From assembly GCA_030141605.1 (NCBI GenBank), contig JAQGDQ010002366.1:938660-1002659 (forward strand): 64,000 nucleotides of DNA. The letters run 5' to 3'. The stretch's first letter is position 1. Each line of letters starts with the position of its first letter. The DNA comes from Tubiluchus corallicola. Its lineage: Eukaryota > Animalia > Priapulida. Below are positions 14,551 through 26,826 of this stretch, one piece after another. Below the pieces are notes generated by a model. It ran no database searches, had not been told where the DNA came from, and saw only the letters and a program-made list of their open reading frames with translations. Position numbers and translations under genes: made by a program.

Positions 14551-15993
14551 AAGTACAAGTAATTTCTCCTTTCAAATTAACTGTGAATAAATTTGGCAAA
14601 AAGGTGTTACTATAAGTTTACCTTTTTGATGGAACTTAATTTCTGTGACATATCAGACTATTAAGAAATTGACATGAGACCCTTTTGTGCGTTCAGACTT
14701 TATGGCTAACCGTGTAAAGTTACAATTGTACATTTTATTTGCATACACTGTGTCAACTGTGACTAAACGCAGCTTTTGGTCGTTCACATTTGTAATTGCT
14801 ATGATAACTGGTTAGCTAACTTTAGTGTAACTGTTGTAACGTTGCTTAAAGGTTTTCAAACCACAATTATGATAAACGCTTGAATTAAAACAAGATTAAC
14901 TGTGGGTTTATCTGATTGTCTTGTTTGCACTGTACTCAAGTTTGGTTGTTTAAAGTTTCCGGTTCTATTTACAAGTTTTTCCAAGCTTGATTGCTGCCCG
15001 AAAGTTTAGCAAACTCGTCACAGTTCAAAAACCTGCTTGTACACCTGTGTAAAACCTGTCTATTGTTTCAATGTGAAATTTCAGACACTGTAGAGGCACA
15101 CAGCGGCAACAAGTAACTATCTGTGTCAGCAGGTGTCACTGACACTGACTTATCCCCTACTCCAATTTACCCCAATCGCCCCAGGCGACTAAGTTCTTTT
15201 TGTTTGGCTTTGTTTTGTTATTTTCAGGTTCAAAGGCGGGAGTTTTCGGTTTGAGGGAAAGGTGTGACATCTCGAAATAAATTATATGTTCAAATTTTTT
15301 TTGAGATACGAGAAATAATTGTTTATTTCGGAATGGCATACTAATATCTTGTGCGGGTGAGATATCCTTTACTGTAGATATGTCAGTTTTGAGCTCATAG
15401 TCTTTAAACATCTTAATTTCTGTTTAGTCATTTTGAGAAGTCAATTCTTGTCCAGCAGTTTCTGCAACTGTGCTAGTGCGCCGTCTAAAGGTCATTTCAC
15501 GTTCTTGTTTTGAGTTTACCGTACTGTCGTCGGTTTGCTTTCAGTTAAGTTTCTCCAAAATTTTAGTTGATAGTGATTCAGATCATTCGCGTAAATTGTT
15601 TGACACGTGGGTTTTGAGCTTAGCGAAAACGTGAAAGGCGGGCTTAGAGAGAGATGTTGAAAAAAGCGACCTCAATTTCAACGCGGCTTAATTAATTGAA
15701 CAATACACATCTGAGAAAGTTAATTAATTATTGACTTTGAGCATTACGAAAAGATTCAATACGTCTTTTGTGAGTTGAGAGTTTCATTAGCTGCTTTACC
15801 AAGCCAGCACTTCACGTAAGAATCGTTTTCCTGGTTTCTTTTCACTTTTTCTTGCTAAACTTGAGATGACCTGGCATCAGTTAATTGTTATCACTTGCTT
15901 TTGTTGAAATGAAGCCCCTCTGTAGCGGCAGCGGAACTCATGCAGAATCTGCGCTTCTATTTGCCGTCGAAAGGTCAATTAGGATAGCTTGTT

Positions 15994-16007
15994 GTTGCTA
16001 TGGCAAC
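15994..16007. promoter_or_regulatory. RFX X-box
   Basis: GTTGCTATGGCAAC, one base from the perfect palindrome GTTGCCATGGCAAC. Confidence 0.55.
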
Positions 16008-18172
16008 GAAGTTCGCGTTACCGTGGAAATAGATGAGATGTGGCATGGTCTGCAGGTGTATGTATGTTGTGTAGCAGCAATGAGCTATGGCGTCTTATAA
16101 TGATTTCTGAAAGATTTATGTGAGTGTTGTTGTCAGAATACAGGCTTGTCGAGTTCTTATAATTTCCGGGCAAAGTGCCAAAATTCATGTTTTCAGGAGG
16201 CAACTTATCTGGTAGCCATCACTTGAGAGAGAAGGGTTGTACCATGTTATTAGTTGTAAAGTTTAGCAGCTTTCTGAATTCTGACTTAATGAATGAAAAG
16301 TAAACTAACCTTATTTTAAACTCTTATTGTATATAATGCTTTTGTACAGTATGAAGATTAACAAGTTTAGAACTTGTGTAAATTCTCGGGCTTTACCAAA
16401 ATGTTGCCATAGTTTTACTACATCAGTATTGGCGGGAGCATAGTGGCGTAAAGTTTCCTATTTTACAGGTGATGATAACTTCAAATATTTCTGTTAGTTT
16501 ATCTGAAGCCATTTTATATGACATGTTGGGTGACATAATTGGACAAATTGGCTTCTCATTTTCTTAAGTGCCTTAGTTGCTAGAGGAGAATGGAAGCTTG
16601 ATCAAAGTCAGCCATGGCTATAATTTGTAAACTCATTACAGAAGGCCTAGGCAAGAGCATCAATCAGGCAAGTGTAGAAGTGCATGCTTATAGACCCGGT
16701 CCCCTGGTGGTTTGATATGGAGTGTTGCTGATAATGTGGACAGCTACAATGAAGAGCAGAGTGTTCCAGGAGGTAGTGTTGCTTAGTTACACCCAGACGT
16801 ATCCTTATTTTCTCAAGGTAAGCGTAGAGTTTATAATGTTCATTTGTGTGGACACGTTTTTTGGTGGTGGTATTTCATATTTTCGGTTTCTTCAATTTGT
16901 TTGCAACATATTAATGCATAACACCCTTGCGAACAACAAATATTGAACAGCTCTTTACTTGACTACAAGAAAGTTGCAATTGATTGTGGATTGTTTTACT
17001 AGAAAGACAAATGCGCCAACAGAACACCTTTTGCTGGCAGCAAAAATGATTTTACGTTTGTCAGCGTGATGTGAACGGCTAAACTTTTAATCCAGAAGAT
17101 TTGATAATATGTGCCATTCTTTCTCTTCACATTATTTCGCATTATTTCTCTTGTCCAACTGACACAACGTGGGAAAACAAAAATGAAATGATTGAAATCA
17201 CCACTTTGTCCGCTTGTCAATCCTCATTATGCTGACCTTTGCCCTTTGAATTTGCTCTTTCTTACATTATCCAACTGAGACGTTATGTACTTTTGCTGTA
17301 CACTGTTTGTCAGCTCACATTTACCATTCTATTTTTTGCTTTTTGATTTTGCATTTTCTTACGTTAAATGTCCATCTAGAATTTGAGCTTACGCTTTAAT
17401 CGATGTCTCCTTGCCAGAATCAGAGGTTCTCAGCTATGCAAACACTTTTCATAACTGAGAACCTCTTTGGACAAAATTATTTAAACCTGTCATTTAATAG
17501 GCCTAACTAATTAATTCGTTAATAATTAACGAATAATACTGAATTCAAAGACGTAGTTGCTTCTTCTATACTAGGAATAATTATAATTGAGGTTTAATCC
17601 GATGCTCAGGATGTGACTTTACTTTGTGAAGCGTGTTGCCTTTAATGTCGCGTAAACAGTCACTCATACGAGTCATACGTGAGATCACTCATACGTATGT
17701 AAGTCTGAATTAAAAATCGTAATGGCGTTCAACGTTAAATGGCTGTGTGTATCGTAAAATTACGTTCAGGGTAACAATTGCAGTATTTTGAACCTTGAAC
17801 TAATCTCGATCCGAGAACCTGTTATACGACAATTTCTTGATCAATCAATTTTCTCCCTTTATATTGCTGAATTTTGTCAATTATTGCGCCACATGTCACA
17901 ACACCGCTATTTCGCCTTCGTGGAGTGCTTTTTCGAAGCATTCATATTGCTGTAAAAAGCTTTGTGCGTGCATGGTATAGCTATTATTTCATTAAATTAT
18001 TTTGCTTGTCATGAATTTCTTCGATTGAAATGGTTAGTTGGGTAATTGCAGATAGAGAACCTTGCAGCGTGTCTACAACTTGACATGTGTTGTTATTGGC
18101 ACCAGTCTTTATGCTAACAAAGCTCTTTGTTTGCCCAATATTCATAGCATTTAATAAACGCTGCTTTCCGCA

Positions 18173-18263
18173 GGCAGAGAAGTGTACATAACATAACACG
18201 TACAGTGTTTTCTGCTGGCAGAGAAGTGTACATAACATAACACGTACAGTGTTTTCTGCTGGC
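18173..18263. repeat. Perfect 44-bp tandem duplication
   Basis: GGCAGAGAAGTGTACATAACATAACACGTACAGTGTTTTCTGCT x2 plus GGC. Confidence 0.92.
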
Positions 18264-19636
18264 TGCATAGATCTGCGTGTACCAGGTGGTTTAAGGAACA
18301 TAATACTTGTACGTGCATTGGAAAAACTTTAGAATAAAGACAAAATGCAGCTATATTTACGGCGTGTATCTTTGTTAGCTTAGCAGATCTATTAACCTGG
18401 CGCCTGGCGGTGAACAGGTGATATGTCAACCAATATCTGGAGAGTTAATCATCTTTCCGTTTCCATGACCTACTCCTATTACGCCATTGCGTGATTACTG
18501 ATCACTCCGGTGAATTGCAGACTATTTTCATGTTAAATTGCCCAGCGCACGCGTGGCACGGAGGTCAGCAAGAGTTTTTAATCGTTTCTTGTGTACTTCA
18601 GATATTGCGGAACCTACTGAGGAAATAAAGAATATTTGGTATTATTTTGCAAAAAATATGATATCAAATGTAAATGTTTATTTGACCAAATTTCGAGACT
18701 ATTTCCCAATTTCCAGATATGAATAATGATGAAAAATTTAGATTTATCTTAGGAAATGATGATACGGAAGCGTTGGATTTAATTTGGTACTTTGTCAGAG
18801 ATTGTTTTAGAATCAGGGCAAACGGAGCAAAATAGTATTAAAAATGACCACACGTCCGATTATTGTTATGTTATTTTAACATTTAATTGTTATTTGTGTC
18901 ATTTGGGTATATTATACTTCAAATTATCGTGTTGTAATTTATGTGATCTGTTTTATTATCGTTAAGATTTTGTAAGTAATGTATTGTATAATGATTGTAA
19001 TGAATGCTAATTGTTAACCCAATAAATTAAATTAAATTAAATATATTAAGTATTTATTCATGGGTAGCATAAATCTATCGTTTTACTTAATTCAGTAAAC
19101 TCTATAGAGCAGTTACGCTCCACTATGTCCAAAGCTCTGTAAACACTGTATTAAACTATGATTCAATACTTGCTTTTAAAATAATAATGCTGCGTAGCTA
19201 TAAAACTGGGCGTTCTTGATGCAAATATCTGCTAATGACACGTTATTCCTCGTAAAGTTGTACCATATCACCATATTCAGTACTGCTAACATCAACAGTT
19301 GCATTTAATATTTAGCGTTGCTATAATTTAACAATTATTTTATACTTATGCAAGTTGGTATGTGAACACCCCGGCAAGTGCAGTCATACATTTATTAGTT
19401 ATTACAAATTGGTTGCGTCTCCAAACTCATTTTCCCCAAAACATTCACTGCCCGATCGAGCAAGCAGTAACTGACTGCTAATTTGATGATTTCACTAACA
19501 TGTCATATGCTCATTTTTTGCTGCGGCTGCGAACAGGTAGATCAGTGATTAAATATGTGATCTGACCTAAACGAGAGAGTGCTTCACATCGATAGGATCT
19601 GGTTGAATAGGATCTGGAAAATATTCAAATTAGTAC

Positions 19637-20267
19637 TGAGTGTAACAGACCATAGTATACCCCAGTTTAGACTATAACCGGGTGTTTAAAGCGGCCTAGA
19701 CTAGATTATACCCCGTGTATATTATACCCCCGCCTAGGCCAATTAATACCGCGGCGCAAATCGTACCCCCATGATATAAGCAGTGTAGAGTGATATACAC
19801 AAGAATTATTTAATTTTTCAACATTTTATTGGGGTTTAACCTATGTCAAGTAAGTTAGTTAAGAAAGCTAACTGACTTAAATTTTGAAATAAGAGCGCAA
19901 CTCTGAACACACACAGATCTTCAACCAGGAAAACTATAGTCAGTAAAAATATTAAACGCCACAAAGATCAAAGATTACCACCACATCTCAGTAGTGTTCA
20001 TACATTAAAATAAAAGCACATTTCCAAAACAACGTAATGTAATTGTAACATAATGGCAATTACTGTTCATCATTCATAAAAGTCATAACGTCCTGAAATT
20101 TCAACTTCTAAGACTAGCAAGTCCTTGCTACAATATAAATGTACATTTTTTTTCACCCCAGGTATAGTTTGACCCAGGACAGTTTATACCCCGGGGTATA
20201 TTTTGCCCGGGGCAAAACTATACCCGTGTTTAATCTGGGCAGGGGTTAATTTGCCCTGCTACACTGG
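19637..20267. mobile_element. Non-autonomous DNA transposon with degenerate TIRs and palindromic subterminal TATACCCC/GGGGTATA repeats
   Basis: Left end AGTGTAACAG...TATACCCC versus right end (reverse complement) CCAGTGTAGCAG...TAACCCC. Multiple TATACCCC(G) motifs in both arms with an AT-rich middle. Confidence 0.55.
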
Positions 20268-23200
20268 AATATCGGAAGTTCAGAACAACTGTGCTGTAGT
20301 TAATGCAAAATCGCTTCTTGCCTCTTCTGCTTTTTTACTTTTCTTTGTCTGATACAGCAGAACAAAGGAATATGTGCTACTCTGAAAGAAATTTGTTGAA
20401 TATTCACCAGTCCTCATTAAACGTTTATATTTGCGCTTGAGTAACGTTGCTGACTATTCTTGTTAAGTTTGAGTGCATAATTTTGTGATTGCACGAACGC
20501 TGCCTATACCATTAATATTACCGGATCGATTCAATGTATCATGGTTAATTTGTAAGGGCAATGGCCGCGGGAAATCACAACACAGTCGATCTTTGCATCA
20601 AGAACGTTTGATTTTAGTCATCTATTTACATAAGAACGCGATTTCCATTTGAATAATTCTCGTTCGTGATCTTTGTTCATATTTTTCTAAATCTTCCGGG
20701 TTTTAAGACGCTGTAAATCGCGTGGACTTGGCAGGCGCAAAGAGTGACTGTCAGAAACAGAGTTCCGTTTTAATAATTTATAAAATGCGTGAAAATGCGT
20801 AAATTTAATTCATGTTCTAGTAGTGACTGTATTTAGCTTTCTCAGTTCCTGAGTGACTCATTGCTTATCATGTTTTCTTTGTTTGCCTGTTATTGTCATT
20901 TGTAAAAAAACTTGCTCAATTGCCAGACGGGATAGACCGTCATTAGCGGTCGCCCAATCTAGTGCACAAATAACAAAAACTCACCAACGTTCACATTTGA
21001 TCACTTCCGCTTGCCAGTGCGTTACCCCCAGTCCACATCCGGTCATTCGCAGTTAATTACTTTTACGCTCCCGTATTTGCGCTTGTAGAAATGAAAAATG
21101 ATATTGATGGAATAATTATTGTTGATAGTTACATAAGGTGTTTAGTCTGATTCTGATACAACTATAGACCTTATATAGCTTCTTACGTGACACCGGATGC
21201 CTGTTATTACGAGGGAGAAAGTGAAGGGGACGAATGAGAGATGTGAGAGATAATAAAAATAGGAGGAGACGAGCAGGTGACTTCCAAAGTCATGAAATAT
21301 TATTACATATGAATAAATATGCCTGTTTTATTGCTATTTTATTCCTACGAGCCCACTAGAAAGTGCTCCCAATACCTTATGTCTTGGGTCCTAATCGCCG
21401 ACAGTTTTGTCAGACTACTGGCTTTGTTGCTGTTTCTCGTGGTTTTACCCTGAACATTATTGACTGCAAAACGGTTTTTTGTAAATAGCTTTTCTATCGG
21501 GTGTCTTATATGTGGAATTCCTTACCAGAAAGTTATTTAATTGGTAACTAAAGCTTCACCGACTTTTCTGGACCTGTATTCATTTTTCATTTTTCGACTT
21601 TTCTATTGTAACCCTTTCGTCTTTTGTTTTTCTTTTTTCAGAGGTGGCCTTGGCGAAATGCTGGGTATCGCCATGCTAAGGTCTCCAGAGACTGATCTGT
21701 CATTAATAAGCATTATTAGTTAATTTACCGTATTTTTGTGCATTTGTACACAGGCTGTATGATTGTTTATGTTCAGTGTGTAGTGTTAAATAAACTTAAA
21801 ACTTGAGACTGAGTACTAACTGGTGTTGTTGGGGCGATTTTCATTTTAAAAAATAGAGTGACGCCGCTGACTAATAAGTGTAAAAATCCTCTGTTGGGAC
21901 TTCCGGGCATTATTGCTAGTGTCTAAGAATATAATCGCGTGTCAGTGTAGTAGTTTTTGACACTGCTGCATTGATACTCTAACAAAGTGACTGTTATAAT
22001 TACTTAAAACCTCTGACTTATACAATAGATCTGCGTCGTATTATTATCGCATCACGTATCATTTCATCTTTATTGTCGCGGATTCATCGATTACAGTCAT
22101 TCTCTTCATGTGATTCATCGTATAATTTCGGGGTTTTTAAATGCGTGATACATCTACTCAGTAAACCACGTCACCCGAACATGCGGCAACCTTGAGACTT
22201 ACACATTGAAGCAGTTCATCGCTGATAATGACGTAATTACTACTTGCATTTATAACAATAAAGCTCAACAAACGTTTTATTATCTTAATATGAGGGCAAT
22301 AATTGTGGTTGCTAATACATAATTGGGTGCCATCATAACCATTAATTTTAAGTCATTTAATGTATCTTTTCTAGAGAGAAATTAACCCACTAAATTTGAT
22401 TGTATACGCGTATCATCAGTTTTATCATGATGTAAAAACCGATGTTTTACACATGTGGGCAGTTTGGTAAACAAAAATATTGTAACGACAAAAACAGAGA
22501 TTAGCGGGCAACACTGCACAGTATAGAACATAATGATAGAGGAATTATAATTTATAATTAGCCTTTCTGCTTAAGCAATGGTAACCTCTGTGTCCTCTTT
22601 TTTGATTTTATATTTTTACGCCAGGTTCCAGTAACTAGCGAAATATCAATCGAAATAGAATATCAAAAATGATACATGCTTGTGTACTTCAGTTTTGCTG
22701 CATTCAATTGATAGTAGTAGAGCTTATTTTGAGTAATTTAATGTGAAGATATTTTGGGGGTGTATTTAACGAATGGTTTCACATTCCAGCAGCTTGAATG
22801 CATTTAAGTCGTGTAGCACTCCAAGCTGTATTGCTGCTTAAGCGTGTAAGTACCTTAACCTGGGTTATTGACAACGCTCTGTGTGTAACCTTGTCTTTTT
22901 AACACATTTTGTGTTTAATGTAATTTAGTTTAGTAAAAACTTGTTTTAGCGGTTTGTGGTTTCTTTCACTCATGCAGATGTGTGTACGTTTGATAATTGA
23001 TATAATTGTTTAACATGGTAAGTTGTTGTGCATATGAGTACATATCACTATTGAATATATATGATTTGATTGCTTTGATTTGCTGCTTTCATAACTGCAT
23101 TTTTACTAAAACTCTCCCACAATGGGTCCACGCATTCACGCACCCTTTTCTGACGTTTATTGGTTTTGTGTAATTTTGCAATAAAACACTAAGAATAACA

Positions 23201-26200
23201 GGTCAATGAGGTCAATTTCATTTTGATATTAAAAGTACAGTGATTCAACTATAATGTTAACACAACCGGCATTTGTGCGTGTTTGAAGTTGTAACTGAAA
23301 GTTCATCCACATATCATCTGTCTGCTACCTACGCACAAAGCCCGTTCTGTGCTCTTATCAGAATGTAACCGCTACAAAATACGCATTTTGACTGCTCTAA
23401 TATGTTTATTGATTTAATCATAGTTATCTAAAACATTTTGTATATACAATGTAAACAGTTATTGGGCAATCTGTTCCGAACACAGACCATAATAGTATCA
23501 GGTTATCGACATTTACGTTTGAATCATGATGTCATACGTGTAGCACAGTTCGGTATTCATGCGTTTCTTTATCACGCTTGTTTTCTTATGTTTTTTGTAA
23601 ATTTACCCTCTTATCTTGGAGTCATTGGTAGCATATCAGTCAAAGTACTTTTTCTTATGTTTGTGTACGAGAATGCGAGCAATGTTTAACTGGAGAACTA
23701 GGAAGTGGTTGTTATTTTGTGATCATTGTAGATATAGACATAGACGTAGACATATATATAGACAAAGAGGTGTTTATTCATCTCTTCTAATGCACATTTA
23801 CATAAAATACACAGCTGATTAATCATATAAAATTTACGCGAAAATATACATCAAGAAGCGATTAAGTGGGTGCAAGAGAAAGGTTAGCAAAAGACCATCA
23901 GGTCGTCGACTCAGCTACCCTTCTTAAATTAATAAAATAGAAACTTTATGTGCTGAAAAATTACTAGAAAGAAAATTACAAATTAGGTTTAAGAAAAAAA
24001 ACAGTGATAAAGTTAAAGAAAAAAAGATACAATAAATAGAATAACATATATACAATATTGCATATTTAATTTTATTTAGTGATGTTTCTGGTGTGTGTTA
24101 GTAAATGACTAGGCAGATATAAATTTTATAAACAATCAACTTTGAACATTTACAGGTGTATCTACGCCTTATTTAGATATGTAAATAAATATATACATAT
24201 TTATCATAATCTACATACACAGTCTACATACATATAAAAATCCAAGTTAATATATGTAGGCCTACAGCTTTTATCTCAGCAACACAGTACTCTCTTGTCT
24301 AGCTCTCCTGTACCAAACACCTGCTATGTGATGTAAATCACTTATTTAGTCACTGCTAACAAATTAAATAATTGTTTATTAATAAAAGCCCAGTTATTAA
24401 GATTCTTATTTTTCTCACGAGCAAACTATAATCAATGTCAATTTATACGGGTACTCTCACAGCATTATAAAAAGAAATAACTTTTATTAAAACTTTTAAG
24501 ATATAAAATGTTAAAAAGCATGTCATAAATGTTTCGACTGTAGCCTGCAGGCATCGTCAGACTATACAAACAAACAAGAGTTATATAGATTGGGCCTACT
24601 GTACGGAAATTCACTAATTACGTATTTGCGAGGAAGCCAAAGATGTAATAAATTAAGTAAAAGTATGCAATAAAATGCAGTAATGCAGTAAAAAGTATAG
24701 CTAGGTGTTTGTAAACAAAGTTAAGAAATTACTTTGCACATTAAGAGGTTTATTAGGGACATAGATAAACTTTCTTTCATTAATATAAGTCCCATTTATT
24801 TGCAGTTTTGGCCACAATTCTGAAATTATTAAAATTAGCTTTATGGCCAGATGCACAGCCACATATAAGGTCATGAATACTAGATAGAGAAGGGTTGCCA
24901 GTTCTAGACGAAATACCCAGATAAATGTGTTAAAAGCAAATCTGTTCACATGTGAGAAGCACTACAAAAAGCCTGCAATTTTTTCTTCTAAAAACCTTCT
25001 AATAACATTGTTATAATTAAACCTGATTTTATCTATAACAGACTCTGAAATATTTAAACCAAAACAAAGACAGCAAGTGGTGATACAATAATAGTTGCGA
25101 AATAATACGGTTTAAGTTTAATATTGCCTGCACTATATTAATCAACTGCTAACACTCATATAAAGAAATTGAATGTAGTTATAGTAACGCCAGTCATTTG
25201 ATGACGTTTTTGTGAGAAACGCATAACTTCAAAATCACTAAAAGTGCTATTTGAATATTAAAAACTAACAGTGCTTTGAACAGATGCCTATCGTTTCTGT
25301 AGTTTGAAAGTATTAGCAAAGTGAAAAAATCGTTAAGCAGCTGGCATTTCCTGTTGCGCAGCGAAGTGGCTTGCCTGGCTTCCGAGAATTCTTTTGTGAT
25401 TTTCAGCAGTGGCGTCCTCTACCGGGAATTTGCTATAACTACTAATAGAAACCCTGGCTGGTTATTGCAATGAAGCCTTTTATTAGCTTGCTTCCAGTTA
25501 TTAACCAATACGCAGCATTGCCATCTAATAACCGTTATTTTATCACTCATTGAAGTTTACTGCCTGGCTTCTTCAACAAATGGCTCACTTTAATCAAAGC
25601 CACAATCCAGTTTGGTTAATTACGATACCTAATTAACAGTTACTGTGATTTATGCGTTTTCCTTGGAAAGTGTGTGGGACGAACATATAAATCTGATGGG
25701 AAGGAGTAGGCGTATGTGTGCTAATGTCACAATGATGGTAATGTTATTATCCGATTAAAGCAGTGATCAGCTCGCGTCTTTACTGCAAATAATCGTCACA
25801 TGTTAAACTAAACAAATAAGTTTACATGAACTGTGGGTAAGACTAGCACTAGACAAAACTTGGCATTGGCTGAATGTCAATCGCGCTATAGCTTATCAGG
25901 AGTTCCGTTTCTCATCAATAGATGTCGTAACAATACCTCTAATATACTATCACTTGCATTGTTAAATCGTTGGTGTTGTTTCTACTAAAGTTATTATGAG
26001 CAGAATTAACAGAAGCTGGTGCATCTTTAATAAGCAGAGATATTTATTAACTCTGGCATTTTACAATAATTGCCATCGTAGTGCTAATTTGTAGACTATA
26101 ATTTACGAAATAAACAATTATATACGCTAATAACCAGCCTTTAATTTTGTATAGAACTAATTTAAAATATGAAATTCCTGTGCACAATAATTTTATTTTA

Positions 26201-26826
26201 ATCGGAATCATGCTTTGAAGAACGGTTGTGTTATTTTTCCATAGTTCAGGTCGACGAATGCATAATTTGTACATTATTAGGAGCTAAGGCATTATCCAAA
26301 CAGCAATAATAAACTGTACTTGTGTACGGGTTAAGAAGTGTTTCCACAGTACTTTGTACGTTGAACTTGTTGCCATGTAACAATAATGTGCGTGTTGTAT
26401 AAACTATATTTAGATTTTCTCATGTGTGTCGCAATTATTAACACATTGTTTATCTTATAAACTTCGTTTATTTACATTTAATTGGCCGGTCGCCCAGAGT
26501 TTAACGTATTTACCGTTAATATCGGTTGATAGAGTTTATATATGCGTAGATAACCCTACTAACTATGTATCGACAATTTACAAACCTCTGATTATTTCGA
26601 ACCTCACGTTTTTTTATGACGTTAATTGTTAGAAACTGTTGTTTTGATTTCACACCGTGTCACATTTCATACGATATATGTGGCAAGATCTATGTATTTA
26701 AACAGACAGTTCTGTGACGTCGTCTTTTTATGCCATTAAACAACTTTTTGAATTAATCGATATTTTACCATTGATAATAATATAAGCGGTTCTTTCTTCT
26801 ATCTTTTTTATATCATTTTTTTGTAG

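Noticed and set aside
15157-15600. 84-aa minus ORF with TIR-like end TGGGGCGATTGGGGTAAATTGG
   Set aside because: Upstream in-frame stops and no partner TIR located; cannot be called a gene or a defined element.
21600-21810. Acceptor-like site and ATG near 21641-21680 as an FBXL exon
   Set aside because: No good donor follows, and it ends in AATAAA plus an (AAACTT/GAGACT) tail, more like a retroelement 3' end.
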